A DNA stretch of 64,000 nucleotides from Candidatus Gastranaerophilaceae bacterium. Its GTDB lineage: Bacteria > Cyanobacteriota > Vampirovibrionia > Gastranaerophilales > Gastranaerophilaceae. The stretch lies in contig JAZUBS010000034.1 in assembly GCA_045638605.1 (NCBI GenBank), positions 30,112-94,111 on the forward strand, in the 5' to 3' direction. Below are positions 36,720-45,115 of this stretch, in pieces. The number at the start of each line of letters is the position of its first letter. Position 1 is the stretch's first letter. Below the pieces are notes generated by a model. The model saw only the letters and a list, made by a program, of their open reading frames with translations, did not search any database and was not told the DNA's origin. The position numbers were made by a program, and so were the translations under genes.

Positions 36720-36869
36720 TTAATAATTATATTTAAAAAAATAATTTATTTTGAACTGAACCCCTAAGACAAAACACAAAAATTTGTTTTAGGGGTCGTT
36801 CATTTAAACTTCAATGTTTTTATTGGTTTTACAAAATCAGAAATCCTGTTTACAAAAATTTAATATTTA

Positions 36870-36898
36870 TTGACAAAATCGAAAATTAGCTTTAGGAT
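36870..36898 (+). promoter_or_regulatory. sigma-70-like promoter of the rSAM operon
   Basis: TTGACA (36870-36875), 17 nt, then TAGGAT (36893-36898). GGAG RBS at 36911-36914, ATG at 36921. Confidence 0.5.
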
Positions 36899-36920
36899 TA
36901 TTATACAAAAGGAGAAGAAT

Positions 36921-37160
36921 ATGCCGTCTATTAAACCTGTATCCAATATTATATTAACTCAATTTAAAAAGAATTATTCTAAAGTTTCATTACCTCAAAC
37001 GCGAGTGCACGATTTCCACGCTGATATAAAAACAAAAAAATATATATCTGACCCTTTTGCAGATGATGACGATGATATTATTGTAGGTTCAGCTGGTGGC
37101 GATAGTTGGTCTTTTTGTGGAGACTTAGAACTTGGTTGTCTTCCTCTTCTAAGTTTTTAA
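36921..37160 (+). CDS. candidate RiPP precursor peptide (79 aa)
   Basis: MPSIKPVSNIILTQFKKNYSKVSLPQTRVHDFHADIKTKKYISDPFADDDDDIIVGSAGGDSWSFCGDLELGCLPLLSF. Good RBS and its own promoter. Lies 16 nt upstream of an rSAM/SPASM gene. The C-terminal part has 2 Cys, 1 Trp and a GG. Confidence 0.6.
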   Translation: MPSIKPVSNIILTQFKKNYSKVSLPQTRVHDFHADIKTKKYISDPFADDDDDIIVGSAGGDSWSFCGDLELGCLPLLSF

Positions 37161-37176
37161 TATAATTTAAATTTTT

Positions 37177-38343
37177 ATGTCTATTGATTTATCTATAGAA
37201 AAATGCTTTAAGTACACTTATATAAAAAAAAGCAAACAAGATGAAAAGTCTGTTTTCAGTGGATATCTAAGTGCACTACCTAAAGATTTTATATATCATT
37301 ATCCCCCAAATATCATTTGGAAGTTGACTTCTGCGTGTAATTTAAGATGCAAACATTGTTTTTATTATACAAATAAATCAATGTTTAATACACAAAACGA
37401 CCTGACAAAAGAAGAAGCGTTTAATCTTGCCAAATATTTAGTTGATGAATTTAATATTTTGTCTGTTTTGTTAACTGGTGGAGAAGCTATGTTAACACCT
37501 TATTTTTTTGATTTACTAAAATACTTTAAATCTAAAAATATATGTGTGAATTTGTTTTCAAATGGAACATTAATTACAGAAGAAATTGCTGATAAACTTT
37601 CATTATTACTCAACCCCAAATACGATAATATTCAAATTAGTTTAGATGGACCAAATGCAAAAATTCATGATATTACAAGAGGAGAAGGCACATTTTTTAA
37701 ATCAATTAATGCTATAAAACTTTTAAATCAAAAAGGACTTAAAACAACTATTGCCTGCACAGTGACGTCTGAAAATGTAAATTCATTAGAAGAGTTTTCT
37801 CAAATATATCAAAACTTCGATATAAAGGAATTGCGTCTAGGAAAATATAAAGTTTTTTCGGAAGAACAAGCATATTTATCACCAAATCCAGATGATTTAT
37901 TTGTTAACTATGCCAAACTGATTAAAAAAAACATACCTGTTTCAAAAAGTTTTTTTACAGCTTATGATTTTCTAAATTATCCGCTTGGTGAAGAACTATT
38001 TAAAAAATATAATCCGCCCAAAAAATATGGTTGTAACAAACTATGCCATAATCACAATAAAGTTTTTATTTCAGCAGACGCAAAACTTTATTTGTGTACA
38101 AGTTCAGAAACCGCAAATTTATGCATTGGAGATTTGCGAAAAGAAAGTTTTGAACAAATATGGGCTCAAAGACATAACCATCCACTATTCAAACCAAGAG
38201 TTGATTTTGTTTGTAAAAAATGCCAATATAGTAAATGGTGTAATGCTGGATGTGCGGCTTTAGCATGTTTAAACACGGGAAATTCTTGTAACGCGCCTAC
38301 TGAATGTTTATACCAACACAAATTGGAGAAAGTTAATGTTTAA
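37177..38343 (+). CDS. radical SAM enzyme with C-terminal SPASM-type Cys-rich domain
   Basis: CNLRCKHCFY (CxxxCxxC), a GGE motif in LLTGGEAML, and a C-terminal Cys cluster CNKLC...LCTS...CKKCQYSKWCNAGC...C...C. Confidence 0.88.
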   Translation: MSIDLSIEKCFKYTYIKKSKQDEKSVFSGYLSALPKDFIYHYPPNIIWKLTSACNLRCKHCFYYTNKSMFNTQNDLTKEEAFNLAKYLVDEFNILSVLLTGGEAMLTPYFFDLLKYFKSKNICVNLFSNGTLITEEIADKLSLLLNPKYDNIQISLDGPNAKIHDITRGEGTFFKSINAIKLLNQKGLKTTIACTVTSENVNSLEEFSQIYQNFDIKELRLGKYKVFSEEQAYLSPNPDDLFVNYAKLIKKNIPVSKSFFTAYDFLNYPLGEELFKKYNPPKKYGCNKLCHNHNKVFISADAKLYLCTSSETANLCIGDLRKESFEQIWAQRHNHPLFKPRVDFVCKKCQYSKWCNAGCAALACLNTGNSCNAPTECLYQHKLEKVNV

Positions 38344-38635
38344 AAATGATACTATTCTTGTCCTAAACAAAAATGTGTTAAAACGTTTTGAACCAAACTT
38401 AGAAGATGGAACTCTTTTTTTATTTAATGTGCAAACTGAAAAATATTGGAGTGGAAATGCGGCTGTAGATTGCCTCATTAGAATGTTGGATGGTCAAAAT
38501 ACACTTCAAACTATATATGATTACTTGTTTGAAATTTTTGAAAATTACACTAAAGAAGAAATCTGTGAAAGCTTTGATAATATTATTAAAATACTCTTAG
38601 AAGAAGGTTTTTTGGTGATTAAAGATGACATTTAA
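38336..38635 (+). CDS. PqqD-like stand-alone peptide-binding (RRE) protein
   Basis: 99 aa. LFLFNVQTEKYWSGNAAVDCLIRMLDGQNTLQTIYDYL...ILLEEGFLV fits the PqqD-family pattern. Its ATG overlaps the upstream stop (ATGTTTAA). Confidence 0.7.
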   Translation: MFKNDTILVLNKNVLKRFEPNLEDGTLFLFNVQTEKYWSGNAAVDCLIRMLDGQNTLQTIYDYLFEIFENYTKEEICESFDNIIKILLEEGFLVIKDDI

Positions 38636-39764
38636 AGATATAACAAAAGAAGATGCTAAGATTTTTATAAAAAAATTTGTTAATCATAAAAACAATAAAT
38701 CACCGGAACTTCGTTTTATGGAGCACATTACAAAAAGTGGAATAAAAACCTTTTCAACGCCTTACAATGTTTCTTGGGAAATTACAGCTGGATGTAATTT
38801 GAGATGTAAACATTGTTGTTTTGCCAAAGAGTCATATAACGAAAAAAACGATGTTCCAACTAATATTGCTATAGATTTTGCAAATCAACTTGTAGATAAT
38901 GATTTAGTAAAAATAATGCTAACCGGTGGTGAACCATTCTTGAGAAATGATTTACTTGATATTATTTCCACTTTAAAACGTAATAATGCAATAATTGAAC
39001 TTACAACTAACGCTACTTTAATAAATGAAGATAATGCAAGAAAATTATCAGAATTGTTTAACCCACTGTATGATTTTGTTCAAGTGAGTCTTGATGGAGC
39101 AACTGCACAAACACATGAAAAAACTAGGGGCAAAAATACTTTTCAAAAAGCTATTGAAGGAATTAAATTGCTTATAAAAAACAACATAGTCGTAACTATT
39201 AACTGTGTTGTTACAACTGAAAATTTGTATGAAATGATTGAGCTTTACGAGCTTGCAATGGGCTTGGGTGTTAAATTGATAACTTTTAGCCGTATCCATT
39301 CAGAAGATACTAATTTAATTCCGGATAAAGATATTTTGTTTAAAGAAATGATAAAATTGCTTAAACATGAAAAAGACGCACTTAAGATAGATTTGAGGTT
39401 ATTCAACATTCCAGAACTAATCTCAATTCCATTAATAAAAGATAATTTACCAAACAAAAACACAAAAATTATGGATTTTTCATGTAATAAACGTGAAAAA
39501 CTCCACATTAGAAAAGATGGCGAAGTTTTTTTATGTCTTTATGCTTCAACAAAAAATGTCCTACCATTAGGCAACATAAAAACAAACACGCTAGAAGAAA
39601 TTATCAATAATGCAAATACAAACCCTTTGTTTCAAAGACGATTTCTTAAAGATACAAAATGCAACAACTGCGCAGGACAATATTATTGCAAAGCAGGTTG
39701 TCCAGTAAATGCATATATTCAAAGTAATACAATTAACGCTATAGATTTATCTTGCCAAAATTAA
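38625..39764 (+). CDS. second radical SAM / SPASM-domain enzyme
   Basis: CNLRCKHCCF, MLTGGEPFL, and a C-terminal C...CLY...CNNCAGQYYCKAGCPVNAY...C. Overlaps the PqqD-like gene by 11 nt. Confidence 0.88.
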   Translation: MTFKDITKEDAKIFIKKFVNHKNNKSPELRFMEHITKSGIKTFSTPYNVSWEITAGCNLRCKHCCFAKESYNEKNDVPTNIAIDFANQLVDNDLVKIMLTGGEPFLRNDLLDIISTLKRNNAIIELTTNATLINEDNARKLSELFNPLYDFVQVSLDGATAQTHEKTRGKNTFQKAIEGIKLLIKNNIVVTINCVVTTENLYEMIELYELAMGLGVKLITFSRIHSEDTNLIPDKDILFKEMIKLLKHEKDALKIDLRLFNIPELISIPLIKDNLPNKNTKIMDFSCNKREKLHIRKDGEVFLCLYASTKNVLPLGNIKTNTLEEIINNANTNPLFQRRFLKDTKCNNCAGQYYCKAGCPVNAYIQSNTINAIDLSCQN

Positions 39765-40168
39765 ACTACAATATTTTCATTACTCATTGGCAAAGTTTTT
39801 ACATTAAACTTTTTTTTGATTTTTGTGTCTAAAGAATTAGATACTATAGCCATAACACAAGAAATGGTAATGCAGCTCAAAATTGCGGTAATTGTACCAA
39901 TTCCGGTCTTTTTAAGGATAGATGGAGGTTGTTCTTTTGAAAATTTATTTACAAGCTTACTTCCCAAAACAAAACCAATAGGAGCAGATGCAACTACAGC
40001 AATCCCATCAATAAGCGCATTTTTATCATGCATTTTTTTATATGAAGTTACAAATTCATCTTTTTGATTATTTGGAACAATTAATTTTCTTTGTATATAT
40101 TTACTATAATTCACAGTATACTCTGTATTAGTGCCATTTACACCACTCTCTTGAATTCGTATCGTCAT
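39761..40168 (-). CDS. small membrane protein
   Basis: AAAGG RBS before the ATG at 40168 (MTIRIQESGVNGTN...). Two TM segments. Convergent with the rSAM operon, overlapping its stop by 4 nt. Confidence 0.55.
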   Translation of the reverse strand: MTIRIQESGVNGTNTEYTVNYSKYIQRKLIVPNNQKDEFVTSYKKMHDKNALIDGIAVVASAPIGFVLGSKLVNKFSKEQPPSILKKTGIGTITAILSCITISCVMAIVSNSLDTKIKKKFNVKTLPMSNENIVV

Positions 40169-40278
40169 ATAAAACCTTTCCACGCAAAATCTTTTATTGT
40201 TATAATAAGTGAAAATAAAATATTTTGATAGAGCTTTAACAATAATTTACAAAAATCAAAATCGCTTACAGAGGAAAT

Positions 40279-40485
40279 ATGCAAAAAATAGAAATTGGAA
40301 AAATATATCAACATTATAAAGGTAATGAATACAAAATTATAGCCTTAGCAAAACATTCAGAAACTTTAGAGGAAATGGTGGTCTATCAATCAATAAAAGA
40401 TAAGCAAGTGTGGGTGCGACCAATATCAATGTGGAATGATATTATAAATGAACACAAAACACTAAGATTTACTCTTAAAAATTAG
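40279..40485 (+). CDS. DUF1653-like protein
   Basis: 68 aa. YQHYKGNEYKIIALAKHSETLEEMVVYQ...WVRPISMW matches DUF1653 by eye. Confidence 0.7.
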   Translation: MQKIEIGKIYQHYKGNEYKIIALAKHSETLEEMVVYQSIKDKQVWVRPISMWNDIINEHKTLRFTLKN

Positions 40486-40505
40486 TTATTATAAATAATA
40501 ACAAA

Positions 40506-40534
40506 AGACGAGAAGCCTGAAGTTCTCGTCTTTA
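40506..40534. terminator. bidirectional intrinsic terminator
   Basis: Stem AGACGAGAA/TTCTCGTCT with A/T-run flanks, between convergent genes. Confidence 0.75.
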
Positions 40535-40557
40535 CTTAATAAAAATATTTGAAAGAA

Positions 40558-41931
40558 CTATCTTGAACAAATAGTTCTTGCTGCATGGATACCCGATGCT
40601 GACGCTTGAATGAGTCCTCTTGTAACACCTGCGCCATCACCAATTGCAAACAAGTTTTTTACACCTTCTGTTTCTAGTTCATTAGTTAACTTAACTCTTG
40701 CTGAGTAGAATTTAACCTCTATACCATACAACAATGTATATCTTGAAGCGGTTCCAGGTGCGATTTTATCAAGCGCATAAATCATTTCTATGATACTTAA
40801 CATTTGACGATAAGGAATAACCAAGCTTAAATCTCCAGGTGTTGCACAAGTAAGCGTTGGTGTTATTATGCTTGATTTTATTCTCTCTGGAGTTGAGCGT
40901 CTACCTTCTAGCAAGTCACCAAATCTTTGAACAAGAACACCGCCCGCAAGCATATTTGCAAGACTTGCAACATGTTGACCGTATTGAATTGGCTCCTTAA
41001 ACGGTTCAGTAAATTTCTTACTCACAAGTAATGCAAAGTTTGTATTATTTGTTGTTTTTTCTGCATAACTATGACCATTTACGGTGGAAATTCCGTTGTA
41101 GTTTTCTTGTACAACTTCACCATTAGGATTCATACAGAATGTTCTAACTTCATCACCAAAAGTTGGCGAGTAGTAAACTAATTTTGATTCATAAAGTTTT
41201 GAAGTAAGTGGTTCAAAAACAGGAGCTGGAAGTTCAACACGAACACCAACATCCACTGCGTTGTTTACAAACCCAATTTTATTTTTATCAAATTCTTTTG
41301 TTAACCAATCAGCACCTTCTCTTCCTGGCGCAATAATTGTATATTCAGCACGGATTGTTTCACCATTATCTAAAACAATACCTTTTACTTGTTCACATTC
41401 TACAATCAAATTCTTAGCGCAAACATTGTTTATTATTGTAATTTTTTCATCAAGATAATCTTGCATTCCTTTCAGTACATCAAGACTTCTTTCCGTTCCA
41501 AGATGCCTTACCGGAGAATGAACAAGTTTTAGTTCAGCCAACGCTGCTTGTCTTTCAATTTCTTGGAAAACTTTTTTGTCTGTTCCAAAAACTTCATCTG
41601 TTGCGCCAAATTTTAAGTATAAATCATCCGCATATTTTATTAAATCTTCAACTTTTTCACGAGACATATAATCAATAAGATGCCCACCAACATCTGGAGT
41701 AAGAGTAAGTTTTCCATCAGAAAACGCACCGGCTCCGCCCCAGCCGCAAAGAAGTCCGCATTTTTTACAAGTTGGGCATTTTTCATAGCCTTCTCTTAAA
41801 AGGCATTTTCTTTTCTCAATTTTTTGTCCTTTTTCAATTAATACTACTTTCCAATCCGGTTTAAGTTTAGTAATTTCTAAAGCCGCAAAAATCCCAGCTG
41901 GACCAGCACCAATAATCGCTACGTTATACAT
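40558..41931 (-). CDS. FAD-dependent oxidoreductase (COG2509-like)
   Basis: N-terminal VAIIGAGPAGIFAA Rossmann motif, a CPTCKKCGLLCGWGGAG Cys cluster and C-terminal GDGAGVTRG. Confidence 0.8.
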   Translation of the reverse strand: MYNVAIIGAGPAGIFAALEITKLKPDWKVVLIEKGQKIEKRKCLLREGYEKCPTCKKCGLLCGWGGAGAFSDGKLTLTPDVGGHLIDYMSREKVEDLIKYADDLYLKFGATDEVFGTDKKVFQEIERQAALAELKLVHSPVRHLGTERSLDVLKGMQDYLDEKITIINNVCAKNLIVECEQVKGIVLDNGETIRAEYTIIAPGREGADWLTKEFDKNKIGFVNNAVDVGVRVELPAPVFEPLTSKLYESKLVYYSPTFGDEVRTFCMNPNGEVVQENYNGISTVNGHSYAEKTTNNTNFALLVSKKFTEPFKEPIQYGQHVASLANMLAGGVLVQRFGDLLEGRRSTPERIKSSIITPTLTCATPGDLSLVIPYRQMLSIIEMIYALDKIAPGTASRYTLLYGIEVKFYSARVKLTNELETEGVKNLFAIGDGAGVTRGLIQASASGIHAARTICSR

Positions 41932-42083
41932 ATCTAGACTTCCTCACTAAAATATTCTTACTTACATATTTTACCTTTAAAATCTTTGTATGTCTATTGA
42001 GAATTATTTTGACTTCATAATGTAAAATTTGATTAATTGTAATTTATTATCAAGAATTTTATAATCTATAGTTTTTTACAGAC

Positions 42084-42356
42084 AAATTATAATTTAGCGG
42101 TGTAAATAAAATCAAAAATTAGCAAACAGTAGGGTGCTGTCTTTAGACGCACCACAAGATTTGAAAAACAAACGGTGCGTCAAACGACGCACCCTACATA
42201 ACTGGCGTTGCCAGCATAAGTTGAAATACGTTATACTGCTAAATTATAATTTAGAATGTAGGGTAGACTAAAGTCTACCTTTATTTTTATATAATTTTTG
42301 AGCAGCTAAATTTTTCGCTAGATTAAAATCTACCTTACGTTCTACCCTACGTTCTG
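42084..42356 (+). repeat. modular repeat element, copy A, containing a REPIN-like inverted doublet
   Basis: AAATTATAATTTAGCGGTGTAAATAAAATCAAAAATTAGCAAACA, then GTAGGGTGCTGTCTTTAGACGCACC (42129-42153), a 20-nt spacer and GGTGCGTCAAACGACGCACCCTAC (42174-42197). Further modules follow. Near-identical to 61880-62027 and inverted at 43196-43313. Confidence 0.85.
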
Positions 42357-42443
42357 TCGGAATGACTTACGAAAAAATTTTTATTTGTTTATTACCGTTT
42401 AACCTAGTGGTGCTTTTTTTATTGTATGTTTATTTTGGATTTA

Positions 42444-42992
42444 TTATGCTTCAGGTGTTTCTTTCTTTTTAGTTGCTAAATATGTGCCTAATCCAAGCAC
42501 AGCCGCACCAATCGAACCATAAATTGCAGCATGTTTGAATTGGATGCTTTGAGCTGCTTTTTTAAATATTTGTCCGTCTTCGTCATCACAATTTATAAAT
42601 GTTTTCTTTGTACTATCCCAATAATCGGCAAAATGTTTTTTTAATTTATTCATACAATCAACATAGCCAGCTTTTATATCATTTTTAATTTCGCCAATAG
42701 GTTTGCCCAAAAAATCTTCATCAATCTCCTCACCAGGACGGAATTTTAAAGCAAGGTTTTTTATTTCTTCATTTGATTTTGCTTTTTCAATATTGTTAAG
42801 AAATTTTGGGAAACCAGGCTCATCTATATCAATAACTTTTTTAATAAAGCTATCTGTTGGCACGCCATCTTTTGTTAAAAATGGTCTGGATAAATATCCA
42901 TAAGCCGTTCCTACGCCGCCACCAATTACGGCAGCTCCTGTTGTATAAATACCTGCGTTGCTGTTTGCGTTGTTTACACCACTAACTGTCAT
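42444..42992 (-). CDS. hypothetical two-TM protein, flanked by inverted repeat copies
   Basis: AAAGGA RBS before the ATG at 42992 (MTVSGVNNANSNAGIYTTGAAVIGGGVG...). C-terminal TM segment AAIYGSIGAAVLGLGTYLA. Confidence 0.6.
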   Translation of the reverse strand: MTVSGVNNANSNAGIYTTGAAVIGGGVGTAYGYLSRPFLTKDGVPTDSFIKKVIDIDEPGFPKFLNNIEKAKSNEEIKNLALKFRPGEEIDEDFLGKPIGEIKNDIKAGYVDCMNKLKKHFADYWDSTKKTFINCDDEDGQIFKKAAQSIQFKHAAIYGSIGAAVLGLGTYLATKKKETPEA

Positions 42993-43195
42993 AAAAAGGT
43001 CCTTTCGTTTTTCATGAAAAAATGTATTTTTACTATTATATACGCAAGAAAACATGAAAAGATTTATAATTGCTAATAAAATAAAATAAAACAAAATAAA
43101 ATTTGTATAATTCAGTGGGGGCTTGAAAAATTTACATTTACAATTTGTAACAAAATTTGCTCAAATTCCAATTATGATTTAATTGGAATTTAGTA

Positions 43196-43313
43196 ATGTA
43201 GAACGTAGGGTAGATTTTCATCTACCACAAAATTTAGTAATGTAGGGTGCGTCTATAGACAGCGCCCTACTGTTTGCCAATTTTTGATTTTATTTACACC
43301 CCTAAATTATAAT
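43196..43313 (-). repeat. modular repeat element, copy C (inverted, shorter)
   Basis: The reverse complement reads AATTATAATTTAGGGGTGTAAATAAAATCAAAAATTGGCAAACAGTAGGGCGCTGTCTATAGACGCACCCTAC...GGTAGATGAAAATCTACCCTACGTTCTAC. It is collinear with copies A and B. Confidence 0.85.
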
Positions 43314-43353
43314 TCAATATAAATCAAAATCAAAAATTCAATTAAATTAAAAA

Positions 43354-43383
43354 AACCGACAATTTTTTATATTGCCGGTTTTT
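43354..43383 (-). terminator. intrinsic terminator of yebC
   Basis: On the minus strand: AACCGGCAAT-loop-ATTGTCGGTT (one G-U pair) followed by a T-run. Confidence 0.75.
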
Positions 43384-43402
43384 ACTTAATCTTTTATAAG
43401 AA

Positions 43403-44149
43403 TTAACCGATTTTTTCTGCTAATTCATCATCTATATCAACGTTAGAATAAACATTTTGAACATCATCATGTTCTTCAAGTTTTTCTAACAATAATAAGA
43501 TTTTTTTAGCCGTTGCTTCATCAGTAATTTCTAAATCATTTTCAGGCAATCTTGTTAAATCAGCACTTACACTTTTAAAGCCTTCAGCTTCAAGTCCTTC
43601 AAAAACAGATTGGAAATTTTCAACAGAAGTTATTACTCTGTATTCTTCTTCATCTTCTTCAATATCATCAGCACCAAAATTGATGGCTGCTTCAAACAAT
43701 TTCTCATAATCAGTGCTTAAATCAAAGGTAAGAAGCCCTACAGGTTTAAACATCCAGCCAACACACCCAGTTTCGCCTAAGTTGCCGCCATATTTTGTGA
43801 AATAACTTCTAATATCACCAGCAGTGCGGTTTCTGTTATCTGTCATTGCTTCAATAAAAATAGCAACTCCGCCAGCGCCGTATCCTTCGTAAGTTAACTC
43901 TTCATAGTTATCTTGGTTTGATGCACCAGAACCTTTTTCTATAGCTCTTTTAATATTATCTGCTGGAAGTCCTGCTGCTTTTGCCCTATCTATTGCGGTT
44001 TTAAGACGAAAATTTGCACTTGGATCAGGTCCACCCATTTTTGATGCGACCATTAATTCTCTTGAAAATTTTTGAAATTCCGCAGCTCTTGCTGAATCTA
44101 CTTTTGCTTTTTTACGTTTAATTGTTGACCATTTTGAGTGTCCTGACAT
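43403..44149 (-). CDS. yebC: YebC/PmpR-family transcriptional regulator
   Basis: MSGHSKWSTIKRKKA..., 248 aa, with the full-length family pattern. Confidence 0.95.
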   Translation of the reverse strand: MSGHSKWSTIKRKKAKVDSARAAEFQKFSRELMVASKMGGPDPSANFRLKTAIDRAKAAGLPADNIKRAIEKGSGASNQDNYEELTYEGYGAGGVAIFIEAMTDNRNRTAGDIRSYFTKYGGNLGETGCVGWMFKPVGLLTFDLSTDYEKLFEAAINFGADDIEEDEEEYRVITSVENFQSVFEGLEAEGFKSVSADLTRLPENDLEITDEATAKKILLLLEKLEEHDDVQNVYSNVDIDDELAEKIG

Positions 44150-44233
44150 GTATTTAATCCTTTTTTACTAAGTTCGTGTTTTTATTGTATTATAAAATTA
44201 TAAAAATGAGAATAATTTATAAAGAAGGTAAAT

Positions 44234-44989
44234 ATGAGTAAAGTTGAATTGGCGTTGGAAACATTTAAAAAAGGCGAGTATAATGAGTCGTTAGAACTTT
44301 TTAAAGAAGCTTTGGCAATTGATAATAACAATCCTCATATTTTAAATAATATGGGTTTATGTTATTTATACTTGGAAGATGAAGAAAATGCTGAAAAGAC
44401 TTTTCTAGAAGCACTTGCATTGGATGACAAAATTGTTCAAGTTTATATTAATTTAGCAGATTTATATTATCGTCAACATGAGATGCTAAAAGCTATTGAA
44501 ATTTTACAAAATGGTGTATATAAATTGCCTGATAATCCAGCATTGAGACATTATTTGGCTCGTGTTTATATAGATGATTCTAGATACGATATTGCTATCG
44601 ACCAATTAGATACAGTGTTAGAAATTTCACCTAAAAATTACGACGCATATTGGGATTTGGGTAGAGTATATTTTGAACTTGGGGTTTGGGATATGGCTAT
44701 AGCAAATTATGAAAAGGTACTTGAATTTGTTGATACAAATCCTCTTATTTATTACAATGTTGCACTTGCTTATGAAGCAAATGATGAAGTAGATAAGGCT
44801 ATCTCAAACCACTTAAAAGCAATTTCTGTAAATTCTGATTTTGTTCATTCATATAAAAATTTGGGAGTTCTTTTTCTTGCTAGAGGAGAAAAGGAAGACG
44901 CTAAAGAATATTTTGAAGATTATATAAAATTTGATCTTCCTCAAGAAGAAAAAGATACGATTTCTGGAATATTAAAAAAACTTAATTAA
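44234..44989 (+). CDS. tetratricopeptide (TPR) repeat protein
   Basis: Repeated 34-aa A/Y/L pattern (e.g. NNMGLCYLYLEDEENAEKTFLEALALD, YWDLGRVYFELGVWDMAIANYEKVLE). Confidence 0.85.
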   Translation: MSKVELALETFKKGEYNESLELFKEALAIDNNNPHILNNMGLCYLYLEDEENAEKTFLEALALDDKIVQVYINLADLYYRQHEMLKAIEILQNGVYKLPDNPALRHYLARVYIDDSRYDIAIDQLDTVLEISPKNYDAYWDLGRVYFELGVWDMAIANYEKVLEFVDTNPLIYYNVALAYEANDEVDKAISNHLKAISVNSDFVHSYKNLGVLFLARGEKEDAKEYFEDYIKFDLPQEEKDTISGILKKLN

Positions 44990-45013
44990 GCTTAATTTTT
45001 CTATCTAAAACCA

Positions 45014-45042
45014 TTGCGAAATGCCTATATTTGTGCTATTAT
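45014..45042 (+). promoter_or_regulatory. sigma-70-like promoter
   Basis: TTGCGA, 17 nt, then TATTAT, about 70 nt upstream of the 45116 CDS. Confidence 0.45.
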
Positions 45043-45115
45043 GAGGCAGATATTTTAATGGTCATTTTTTTTACAAACGAGAAAAGCTAATATAGGAAAA
45101 TGGAGACTGAGTATT

